Positions 39,679 to 48,329 of a DNA stretch of 64,000 nucleotides are shown piece by piece (position 1 is the stretch's first letter; each line of letters opens with the position of its first letter). The DNA comes from an uncultured delta proteobacterium (GTDB lineage: Bacteria > Myxococcota_A > Polyangia > Haliangiales > Haliangiaceae). The DNA is taken from assembly GCA_963848295.1 (NCBI GenBank), contig CAWKDB010000010.1:4160001-4224000 (forward strand), given 5' to 3'. Below the pieces are notes generated by a model. It worked only from the letters and a program-made list of their open reading frames with translations, did no database searches and had not been told where the DNA came from. Made by a program: the position numbers and the translations under genes.

Positions 39679-40712
39679 GGCCGCGATCCGATCGGATGAC
39701 ACAGCCGACACGGCATCGACGAGACCGGCACGCGGCTCGACCACCCCGGCGGATGAACCGTGCCACCGACCCCGCCGACCTTGTGACAACCGACGCACAG
39801 CATCTGACCGGCGCCGTCGTGACAGCTCGCGCACGAGGTCGGATCGCGGCGAGCCTCACGCCCGTGCTCGTTATCGGCGGCGGCTGGCCCGACCCAGCCC
39901 GGCGGATGCGGGCTGATCCGGCCGTTGCCCGCGATCCCGCGCTCGAGGTGGCAGCTCGCGCAGCGATCCGGCGAATGACACGTGGTGCACGCGCCCGGCT
40001 CGGCGCGCGCTTCGAGCGCGTGGCGCGCGACAAACCCGGCGCGATGCACGCTCGGCGCGAACGGATCGGAGAAGTGCAGCGTCGCGGGCAGCGCGGCGAC
40101 GGTCTTGCCATGGCACTCCGCGCAGAACTGTTCGCGGTGGCACGACTGACAGACGTCACCCGACGATGCGGCGCGCGTCCCGTGCTCGCGGAGCCAATCG
40201 CCATCGTGTGCGAGGTGGCTCTGCGGCAGCGTCGTCGTGTCTTCGAGGTCGCGGTGGCACGCGTCGCATTTGCGTGCATCCTGGGCGGCGTCGTGGTCAT
40301 GGCACTTGAAGCACGTCGCCATCGGCGGCTGCATGTGCTGGCCACCCTCGGTGACGCCGACGTGGCACCGCACGCAATCGCCGTTGGTCGGCCCGGCGTG
40401 CTTGCGATGATCGAACACGAGATGGTCTCGCGTCTCCGCGAGCTCGGCGAGCGCGTTCGCCTCGGCATGACAGCCGAGACACGGATGCGTGTCATGCGGC
40501 TTGGCGTGGCAGGTCGTGCACGTCGCGTCATCCGGGATGTGCAGCTCGGTCCCACTTCCCGCGTTGATGCCGACATGACAGCGCGTGCACGCGACGCCCG
40601 CCAGCGCGTGCTTGAGGTGCGGGAACGGTTGCGGCCCGCTGCCGGTCAGCCCGAGCACGCCGGCGCATGCGGCGAATGCCACGCACGCGATCACCGCGAC
40701 GAGCCGCTTCAC
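39675..40712 (-). CDS. 13-heme cytochrome c (c3/c7-like repeats), probable lipoprotein
   Basis: 13 CXXCH motifs, FPHLKH/FDHRKH c7-like segments and lipobox FAAC. GTGA overlap with the porin gene. Confidence 0.9.
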   Translation of the reverse strand: MKRLVAVIACVAFAACAGVLGLTGSGPQPFPHLKHALAGVACTRCHVGINAGSGTELHIPDDATCTTCHAKPHDTHPCLGCHAEANALAELAETRDHLVFDHRKHAGPTNGDCVRCHVGVTEGGQHMQPPMATCFKCHDHDAAQDARKCDACHRDLEDTTTLPQSHLAHDGDWLREHGTRAASSGDVCQSCHREQFCAECHGKTVAALPATLHFSDPFAPSVHRAGFVARHALEARAEPGACTTCHSPDRCASCHLERGIAGNGRISPHPPGWVGPAAADNEHGREARRDPTSCASCHDGAGQMLCVGCHKVGGVGGTVHPPGWSSRVPVSSMPCRLCHPIGSRP

Positions 40713-41924
40713 GACTTCCCCCAACGCCGCCCGAGTTGTGCGAGCACGTCGAGACGTCGCAGCGATTCGGGTGACGACGACGCTTCGCCGGCGACCGCCG
40801 CGTGCCACGTGCCGTTGTCCCAACCGAGCGCGACCAGTCCCCACGGCCACACGGCGCCGAGCCCCGTGTTGTGATCCGGGATCACGAGCTCGAGCTCGGT
40901 GCTCGTGTACAGCCGGTAAGGTAGAGCGATCCGCGCGGCGCCGCGTGCGCCGGTCCACTCGTCGACGCCGACGCCGTCGCGCCGGAGCTCGCCGGACAAC
41001 GAGCTCACCCCGCGTTCGTCGAGCCGCAGCTTGGCGCGAACGACGATCTCGGGCGCCGTGTCGCCGTCGGCGTGACGCACGCCGAGGTCGCCGCTCACGT
41101 CGAGGCGCGGCGCGGCGCGCCAGGTCAGCGTCGTGCCAGCGCGCTCGGCGGGCATGTCGCCGAGCACCGAGAACAGCGAGGTCGCCGGCAAGATGTGCGA
41201 CGCGGCGACGTAGCTCGAATACACGTCCACCCGGAGCTTCTTGAAGCGGTGAGCTGGCGATCAGCGACGCCTCGGCGAGGCCGGGGTTTGCGAGGTCGTA
41301 GGCGACCTTCGCGCCGATATCATCGCGCTTGCCGAGGGACGCACCGCCGTCGACGCCGACCTCCTCGGTCGCGAGCTCGCCGTCGTCGCGTTGCTCGACG
41401 TAGGCGACGCCGATCGAGTCCCATGTCGCCGATCCGGCGCGAGACGCGGCCGCCGGCGATCCAGTCCCACGAGCGCCCGAGCGCGAGCGACGCGAACGGC
41501 GCGGTCTGCGGGCCGGCGTCTTGCGTCGTGAGGACCGGCGCGACCGGGACACCGCTGAACAGCCTCGACGTCGAGCCGATACGGCAAGCGAAGTCGGCCG
41601 GCAGCGCCATCGATCTGGACGGGCCGCAACGCGCCGAGCGATTCGACGAAGCGGCCGATGTGCGCGGAGGCACGGCCATCGGCGGTGCGCGCCCGCAGCG
41701 CGACCACGAGCACATCGGCGTGCGACTCGTCGCCGATCGTCCCACTCCCCGTCCAGACGACCGCTTCCGCCGACAAGCCCGGTCCTGCATCGCCGTCGGC
41801 GGAGACCGTGACGAGCCCCGCCGGCGCGGCCGTCGTCGCGAGCGCATCGGCGCGCAAGACGATCGGATCCGCGAGTGCGCGCGACGCTCGCGCAGATCGC
41901 GACCGCGAAGATCGGCGCCTTCAT
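40709..41924 (-). CDS. putative outer-membrane porin of a porin-cytochrome complex; four apparent +1 frameshifts
   Basis: Joined from five frame segments (junctions ~41877, ~41560, ~41424, ~41252). Removing 4 nt gives a 403-aa protein with a signal peptide and alternating beta strands. Confidence 0.7.
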
Positions 41925-42181
41925 TTCTTGCCGTACTCCCGGCGCAGCTGGCGCACGACGACGAAGAGATAGAGTCCGAACGCCGTCGTCCCGACCACTT
42001 GGCCGACGGTCATAGCGAGCATCACGGGGAGCGGCGTCGGCTGGAGCATCGACCACACCATCAGGGCGAGCCCGATCAGGGTCAGCACCGCGGCCAGACG
42101 CAACGCGAGCGTCGCGCGGCGGCTCAGACCGCCGGCGTCTGCGGGCTGCTCCGGCTCGGCAGCTGTGGTCTCGTCGGTCAT
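41921..42181 (-). CDS. small two-TM membrane protein
   Basis: 86 aa with two TMs and ATGA overlaps on both sides. Confidence 0.75.
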   Translation of the reverse strand: MTDETTAAEPEQPADAGGLSRRATLALRLAAVLTLIGLALMVWSMLQPTPLPVMLAMTVGQVVGTTAFGLYLFVVVRQLRREYGKK

Positions 42182-42817
42182 GGGATCGGTCCATTCGACT
42201 TGGAGAACGGGTGCGCCGGACCGTGGCAACCCGCGCTCGCGCAGCTCACCGAGCCATCGCGTACCCGATCGAGCAGGCTCTCGTGCTCCTTGACCTGGTT
42301 CCAGATCGGATCTGTCGGTGGAGTGGCACTGCATGCACGTCGAGTTCTGGAACGGCTCGCGGATGTGGATCTTCGCGCGCGCCTCCTCGAGCGACATGTT
42401 GCGGTAGTGCAGCGTGTACTCGTAGACGTGGCGCAGCCCGCCCATCTTCGTGACGATCGTGCCGAACATCCCGTAGTTCGCGTGGCACGCGTAGCAGTTC
42501 TCGTCGCCGAACATCGGATTGCGCGCGTGACGCGCCGCCAGTGTCGTGCTGTTCGGATCTTCGGAGTCGGTGCGGTACGGCGTCATCACATGGCACGACC
42601 CGCAGAACGACCGCTGCTTCGTCGCTTCGAAGCCTGCGACGTTGCCGGTCGTCGCGGTCGCGATCGGCAAGACGCCGATCCCGAGGAGCAGCACCAGCTT
42701 CGTGGCGTGTGACAGGGCGGGCCGGCGCACGAGGTACCACAGCACCAGCAGCGCGGACCCCGTCGCGCACATGAGCGCCATCGAGAGGAACGGATGACTA
42801 AAGATCCACGACGCCAT
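42178..42817 (-). CDS. napC: NapC/NirT/CymA-family tetraheme quinol dehydrogenase; one apparent +1 frameshift (~42312)
   Basis: N-terminal TMs, FCGSCHVM, CYACH and CMQCH. After the shift it reads DPIWNQVKEH...CASAGCHGPAHPF. Confidence 0.85.
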
Positions 42818-43985
42818 TGATGTGCTCGCTCGTGCCGTTGGTGACGATGATGTTGCCGAACGCATCGACCGTGCCGGAATGGCAGGCCGCGCAGCTCGTC
42901 AACGTCATCGTCGGTGTGTGCGGTGCGTCGCTCGGCGGAATTCCGTGGCAGCTGCCGCAGGTGACCTCACCCGTCGATGTCCAGACCGGCAGCGAGGGCC
43001 CATGGCAATACGAGCTCGCGCAGGTCTGCGCGTCGCGATCCCAGGCGAGGCTCGCGTTCACGATCGCGGGGCCCGCGTGATCGATGTGACCCGGCGAGTC
43101 GATCGTGGTCGGCACGACGTGGCACGTCGCGCACGGGATCGGCGCGGAGATGTGCGACGACGCCTGGAGGTGCGCTTGATGCGCGCCCACGCCGATCGCG
43201 GTCGTGAACGTGTTGCCCGAGAGGTCGACCGGCGGCGCGGGCGACGCGGCGCTGCCGTGACACCCGCTGCACCCGGGCTCGCGCCCGACCTGGACGATGC
43301 CGTCGATGTGCGGCGCCGACGGCGGATGGCACGTCGCGCAATCGTTGCGCGCGTGGCTCGGCGGTGGATTGCCGTGACAGCGGTCGCAACCGCCCGTCGG
43401 CGTCGGGTCGTTCCAGCGTATCGCGGTCGCCGTGCCGCCACCGTTGCCGAGCACGGCGCCGTGACAGTAGACGTTCGTGCAGGTCGCGCCGTCCCACGTC
43501 GGAGGGGCGGCGCGATTCGCCGGATCGCCGAGAGAGGCGCGCGCGCCGAACGTCACCGCCGCCGGCGCCGTGATCGCGACGCCGTTGTGGAGGATGTGGC
43601 CGTCTTGGTCCCAGCTCGTCGGCACGACGTGACACTCGGCGCAGCTCACCGTGGTCAGCGTCGTGTTCGCGTGGTCGGGGTGCGCGTTGCTGGTCGGCCC
43701 GTTGCCGTGACACGTCACGCATGCGGTCGGTCCCGCGGCATGGCAGCTCAAGCACGACACGCCCGACGTGCCGCCGCTGAAATCGGAGCCGTGGCAGCTC
43801 GCGCACAACGCGAAGTTCCAGTTCTGGCTTTCGAGCAGCGCACCGTGAAAGCTCGGGCTGGTCGGATCGAGAATCCCGGGCGGGTGAATGGTCGCGCCGC
43901 AATCGGTCGTGCATGCGCCACCGAGCGTGCGCGGATCGTCGCAGCCCGCACCGCACAGCACGAGCACGATGGCCACCCGCCACAT
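42798..43985 (-). CDS. multiheme cytochrome c lipoprotein with Geobacter-type CX4CH...CXXCH domains (12 motifs)
   Basis: Lipobox GAGC, 10 CXXCH motifs, plus CTNVYCH and CASSYCH. Confidence 0.9.
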   Translation of the reverse strand: MWRVAIVLVLCGAGCDDPRTLGGACTTDCGATIHPPGILDPTSPSFHGALLESQNWNFALCASCHGSDFSGGTSGVSCLSCHAAGPTACVTCHGNGPTSNAHPDHANTTLTTVSCAECHVVPTSWDQDGHILHNGVAITAPAAVTFGARASLGDPANRAAPPTWDGATCTNVYCHGAVLGNGGGTATAIRWNDPTPTGGCDRCHGNPPPSHARNDCATCHPPSAPHIDGIVQVGREPGCSGCHGSAASPAPPVDLSGNTFTTAIGVGAHQAHLQASSHISAPIPCATCHVVPTTIDSPGHIDHAGPAIVNASLAWDRDAQTCASSYCHGPSLPVWTSTGEVTCGSCHGIPPSDAPHTPTMTLTSCAACHSGTVDAFGNIIVTNGTSEHINGVVDL

Positions 43986-43989
43986 CACG

Positions 43990-46203
43990 TCACGGCGTGC
44001 CGTGGAAGAGCGAGACGTCCTCGACCATCCCGGGGCCGTGGCACGTCGCGCACGCCTCGACACCGCCGACGGTCGTGTTGAGCTGCGCGTGGGCCAGCGT
44101 ATAAGGCGCGTCGTGACAGCTCGTGCATGCGGAGGTCTGCGGCTGGAGCTGTATCGTCGACGTCACCGTCCAGAACGGGCTGTCGCAGTAGCTCGCGGTG
44201 CTGACGACGGTCTCCGAGCAGCCCATCAGCGACACCGTGCTCGGGGCGTACGCGGGCGACGCGGTCAGCGGCAGCGTCCAGTTCTTGCTCGTGTGGCACG
44301 CACCGCAACTCGTGAGCGGCGCCGGATAGCGATCGGCACCGAAGTTGTTTTGGGTCCCGCCCGGGTTCGCCACGGAGGGCAGCGGAAAGCCGCCGATCAG
44401 GTAGGGCTCGCTGAGCTGATCGCCGGCGTGGACCTTGTGAATGAAGTGACGGAAGTCGATCGTGTCGGCGAGCACGTTGCTCGAGCCCTGGAAGCGCGGC
44501 GCGCCGGCGGTGTCCGATGCCGCGGGGTTATGACAGAACACGCAGTACTGTGGGTTCGTACGAGCGCCGCCATGTGCGGCGAGGCCGTGGTGACAGCTGT
44601 TGCAGTTATCGAGCGCCACGATCGTTCGCCGTGGCTGCGGCGTGGCGTCGGTGACCGCGAACGTGAGCACCGGGTTCACCGTCGCGTAGCGCGGATCGCT
44701 CGACGTTGGCTGCAGGTAGCCTTCGAGTCCGACCGAGTAGCTGCCGGTCGCCGTCGGCGGGATCGCGGCGCTCGCCGGGAAGACGTAGCGATACGTCCCG
44801 GTCCCGGCGTCGACCAGGCTCAACGCGCCGACCGCACCGCTGCCCTGTACCTTGGCCTGCCATTCGGTCGCGTAGTCGGTGGTCGGGCCCGCGATCGTCG
44901 CGGTGATCGCGGTGAGCGGCGACCCGATCAGATTCGCCGGCGCGCCGTCGACCATCGCCGTGAACGTCAGCGTCGGCGTCTGGCCAGGCCCGGTGTTCGT
45001 CATCGACTGGATCGCGAGCGCGACGGTGGTCGCCGTCGGTGACAACAGGCCAACGAAGTGGAAGTCGGCGATGCCGGCGATGCTGCCGCTCGCGGGATGG
45101 CATACCGCACACGGCGCGTCGTCGGGCTGTACGCCGCCGCCGTGGAGGACCATTCCAGTCGGGACCGGCAGGCTGAACGAGATGTTGTCGTGACACGACG
45201 TGCACGCAGTCTTCGCGGGCGAGGTCTCCCAGCGATCGCCATCGGTGCCGGCGTGGCACGCGGTGCAGCGCTGTGTGCCCGACGCGGCGATCCCCGATGG
45301 ACCGGCGGTCGGGATCGGCACCGCCTCGGGGAACACCACGGTCGAGAAGTCGTTGACCGATCCCATGTATCCGACGATCTGGTACGGGGTTCCGGAGGCC
45401 ACGCTCGGCAGGCCAGCGCCGTCGTGGATCTTGTGAATCATCACCTTGAAGTCGAGCGTGTTGCCGGTGCTCGGATCGCTCGACTGCGGCTGATGACAAA
45501 GGATGCACTGCGCCGTCGAGGTCCACCGGCCGCCGTGCATCGACAGGTCTTTGTGGCAGCTGTTGCACGTCGTGTCGGTGACCTCCTGCCTGGAGATCGG
45601 AGTCCCGCCGTCGGGGCGCGCAGAGAACGTGGCGTTGCCGATCGACTCGGATGCGCCGATCGTGCGCACGGCGAGCGCGCCGACCGTCTGCGTGAGCGAC
45701 GACATGATGCCGGTCGTAGGGGCGGCGAACGCATACGTGTACTCGCCCTTTGCAAGGTCGACGACATCGAGCGTGCCACTCGATTCGGCCTGCGCCTGCG
45801 TCGCCATCGCGCCCGAGCCGCTCGTCGCTTGCTGCGTCGTGTACGCGGTGTACTGTGCAGCTGAACCATCGGTGTTCTTCGCGAGCTGCGCGAGCACGAA
45901 GCTGGTCGCGACCTTGCCGTCGGTCAGCCGGCCGCTGATATCGAGCGGTGCACCGGTGCCATCCGTGACGGTAAAGCTGACCGTCGCCGAGTCGCTGCCG
46001 AACGCGAGACCGGTGACTTCGATCGACACCGCGGACTGCGTCAGCCACGGTCCGATGCCGGCCTCGCCGGGCGGTCCGGCATCGCCGGTCGGGCCGGTTG
46101 GCCCGGTTGGCCCGGCATCTCCAGTGGCACCGGCCGGACCTTGGGGACCGGCCGGGCCGTCGCACGCAGTGACGAACAACAACGACATGAGGATCCAGCG
46201 CAT
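43990..46203 (-). CDS. mtrC: OmcA/MtrC-family decaheme outer-surface lipoprotein
   Basis: Lipobox VTAC and 10 CXXCH in two groups of five, each after a beta domain. HGG-R and DFK.MIHKIH / DFRHFIHKVH motifs. Confidence 0.92.
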   Translation of the reverse strand: MRWILMSLLFVTACDGPAGPQGPAGATGDAGPTGPTGPTGDAGPPGEAGIGPWLTQSAVSIEVTGLAFGSDSATVSFTVTDGTGAPLDISGRLTDGKVATSFVLAQLAKNTDGSAAQYTAYTTQQATSGSGAMATQAQAESSGTLDVVDLAKGEYTYAFAAPTTGIMSSLTQTVGALAVRTIGASESIGNATFSARPDGGTPISRQEVTDTTCNSCHKDLSMHGGRWTSTAQCILCHQPQSSDPSTGNTLDFKVMIHKIHDGAGLPSVASGTPYQIVGYMGSVNDFSTVVFPEAVPIPTAGPSGIAASGTQRCTACHAGTDGDRWETSPAKTACTSCHDNISFSLPVPTGMVLHGGGVQPDDAPCAVCHPASGSIAGIADFHFVGLLSPTATTVALAIQSMTNTGPGQTPTLTFTAMVDGAPANLIGSPLTAITATIAGPTTDYATEWQAKVQGSGAVGALSLVDAGTGTYRYVFPASAAIPPTATGSYSVGLEGYLQPTSSDPRYATVNPVLTFAVTDATPQPRRTIVALDNCNSCHHGLAAHGGARTNPQYCVFCHNPAASDTAGAPRFQGSSNVLADTIDFRHFIHKVHAGDQLSEPYLIGGFPLPSVANPGGTQNNFGADRYPAPLTSCGACHTSKNWTLPLTASPAYAPSTVSLMGCSETVVSTASYCDSPFWTVTSTIQLQPQTSACTSCHDAPYTLAHAQLNTTVGGVEACATCHGPGMVEDVSLFHGTP

Positions 46204-46218
46204 TGCGGCCTTGCTCTA

Positions 46219-46233
46219 TCACGTCGCGTGCCA
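46219..46233 (-). promoter_or_regulatory. possible sigma54 promoter of the cytochrome operon
   Basis: TGGCACGCGACGTGA. The -24 box is perfect, but the -12 box has GA instead of GC. Confidence 0.4.
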
Positions 46234-46442
46234 TCACAAGAAGTTCGCGACCTCGCTGGTCATCCGAGGCATTCGGCCTCGAACCGCGAGGCGGTCGGCT
46301 CGGGAGCGCGCATCGCGGGACGCTCGTGAGCGCGACCGCTCGCTCGGTCGGACCGCAGCGAAGAGATGCACAGGGTTGCGTGGCGGACGGAAAGCGCAAG
46401 CCGTGCGTGCAGGCGCGACCGGCGCGCATGATCTGCGCGTTC

Positions 46443-47024
46443 TCAATAGAGCGGCCACTCGTCGGGGCGGAGCGTCGCGCAGTGCTGATCGTAGGTGTAC
46501 CGGTGCGGCGGGACGTAGTGATGCGTCGCCTCGACGGTCTTCATGTCCAGGAGCTCGACGTAGTCGTAGGTCTTGGGCCGCGCGACCTCGACCGTACAAC
46601 CGGCCTCGCGCACGACGCGCTCGGACACCGAGCCGAGCACGAACCGTTCGACCCCGACGAGGCCCTTGCTTCCCACGATGATCAGATCCGCGCCGACTTC
46701 ACGGGCGAGCATCAGGATCTCGTCGGCGGGATGGCCGATGCGCGCGTGGACGAAGAAGTGAACGCGATCGGTGATCGCCGCCGCGCCGAGCTCCTCGGCG
46801 ATCGACTGGGTCATCGCCTGCTGCACGCGCTCGGTGTAATCGTAATCGACGTGCCCGTGCCGAGGCAGTGGTGCGACAGAGCCATGCGGCTCGACCACGC
46901 AGACGAAGTGCAGCGTGTGAAACGGTGCGCGCTTCGCGAGCGCGATGGCGCGGTACATCGCGTCGCGGCTGCTCTTGCTGAAGTCATAACCAACGACGAC
47001 CTGGGTATGGTTGGTGTTGCTCAT
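46443..47024 (-). CDS. universal stress protein
   Basis: VVGYDFS, ADLIIVGSKG and LGSVSERVVR motifs. Confidence 0.92.
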   Translation of the reverse strand: MSNTNHTQVVVGYDFSKSSRDAMYRAIALAKRAPFHTLHFVCVVEPHGSVAPLPRHGHVDYDYTERVQQAMTQSIAEELGAAAITDRVHFFVHARIGHPADEILMLAREVGADLIIVGSKGLVGVERFVLGSVSERVVREAGCTVEVARPKTYDYVELLDMKTVEATHHYVPPHRYTYDQHCATLRPDEWPLY

Positions 47025-47038
47025 GCTCGGCCTTGAAG

Positions 47039-47053
47039 GCAACTGACGTGCCA
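47039..47053 (-). promoter_or_regulatory. sigma54 -24/-12 promoter of the USP gene
   Basis: TGGCACGTCAGTTGC, a perfect TGGCAC-N5-TTGC match. Confidence 0.8.
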
Positions 47054-47055
47054 GG

Positions 47056-47469
47056 TCACGCACGCGCGTGTTTGACGCCGATGTCGATGCCCGAGAGCGC
47101 GCGGTACGCAATATCGACGAAGTCGGTGCTCGTGATAATGCCGATCGGATGTTCGGCGTCGTCGACGACAGGGACTGCGCTGTACTTGCCGCGGATCAAG
47201 CGCTCGGCGGCGTACGCGGCCGGTGTGCCTGGCCCGACGGTGATCACGCTGCGCGACATGACCGACCCTATGGTCGCAGCTCGATCCGCCGTGCGCAGCA
47301 GGTCGCGATCGGAGACCACCCCGACCAGCTTCCCCGAGATATCGACGACGAGCAGGTGCCGGATCTCGTCGTGCGCCATCTCGTTCGCTGCAAGCGCGAC
47401 GTCGTCGTCGTCCTCGAAAATCGTTCGCAGGTTGACCTTCATGATGTCGGCACACGAGAGGTTCGGCAT
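47056..47469 (-). CDS. CBS domain protein
   Basis: IRHLLVVD..LVGVVSDRD and VPVVD..IGIITSTD motifs. Confidence 0.88.
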   Translation of the reverse strand: MPNLSCADIMKVNLRTIFEDDDDVALAANEMAHDEIRHLLVVDISGKLVGVVSDRDLLRTADRAATIGSVMSRSVITVGPGTPAAYAAERLIRGKYSAVPVVDDAEHPIGIITSTDFVDIAYRALSGIDIGVKHARA

Positions 47470-47589
47470 GGTTGCGATCACTTCACGTGTCGTGCCGGGC
47501 CTCGCGCTGCTTTTCCGGCAAGCGATGCGGAACGGACAGGCGGCGCCGCCGACTTTGCGCGAATCCAAGATCGATCGGCCGAGTTGCCG

Positions 47590-47604
47590 TGGCGCGCGGC
47601 TTGC
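47590..47604 (+). promoter_or_regulatory. sigma54 promoter of the CBS gene
   Basis: TGGCGCGCGGCTTGC (GG-N10-GC). Confidence 0.6.
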
Positions 47605-47627
47605 TGCTCCTCGGGTGGGAGGTACCT

Positions 47628-48167
47628 ATGCCGGCGACCAATACATCCACGCAGCACGTGTATCGGGGCCACGGCGACCACTCCGTGCGCGAGCCGGTCT
47701 GCGACGACGCCCGGTCGAGCGACACGCGCGTCCCGACGATCGCGGACTCCGTTCCGGTGAGCCGTATCATGAGCCGCGACGTCGTATGTGCGCGTGACAA
47801 CCTCGACACCGCCGTGTTGATCGACTTGATGGTGCGCAAGCGAGTCGGTTGTGTCCCGGTCGTCGATCATGACGGCTGTCCGATCGGCATGGTCACCAAA
47901 CAGGATCTGGTCGAGCTCCTGCTTGGCGGGCGTGGACCGGACGCCGCACCAGGTCTTACCACCGGGCAGATCATGATGCCGCTCGCTTTCACCCTCGACG
48001 AGCACGCCACGATCGACCACGTGGCCGCGATGATGAGCATCGAGGACGTCCATCATGTGCCGATCGTCGCCGAGAGCGGCTGCCTGATCGGCATCGTGTC
48101 CTCGCTCGACATCGTGCGCTGGCTTGCGACCAACGACGGCTTGGTCGACGCTTCATCGCGGGGATGA
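47628..48167 (+). CDS. CBS domain protein
   Basis: RBS GGAGG, VPVVD..IGMVTKQD and VPIV..IGIVSSLD motifs. Confidence 0.88.
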   Translation: MPATNTSTQHVYRGHGDHSVREPVCDDARSSDTRVPTIADSVPVSRIMSRDVVCARDNLDTAVLIDLMVRKRVGCVPVVDHDGCPIGMVTKQDLVELLLGGRGPDAAPGLTTGQIMMPLAFTLDEHATIDHVAAMMSIEDVHHVPIVAESGCLIGIVSSLDIVRWLATNDGLVDASSRG

Positions 48168-48329
48168 GGCGCGATCCGACGGGGCCCGCCGCGCGCGACC
48201 AGCGACCGATAACGCGGAGTAATCGCAGGCTCGGGCTTGCGTTCCGTAGGGTCGTCGTCGAAGCTTACGGCGGGAAAATTTGGGTCGAGCAGGCCGACCC
48301 GGGTCCCGCATTCGTGATCAGGATCTACA

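Noticed and set aside
39675..42194. Single 839-aa ORF
   Set aside because: It is a chimera of off-frame sequence, porin fragments and the 13-heme gene that starts at 40712.
40709..42320. Programmed ribosomal frameshifting or phase variation
   Set aside because: No slippery heptamers or long homopolymers were seen at the junctions. Five shifts fit sequencing error better.
41921..42865. NapC fused to a C-terminal 2-TM domain
   Set aside because: Removing one base restores the fourth heme motif and a stop codon overlapping the next ATG.
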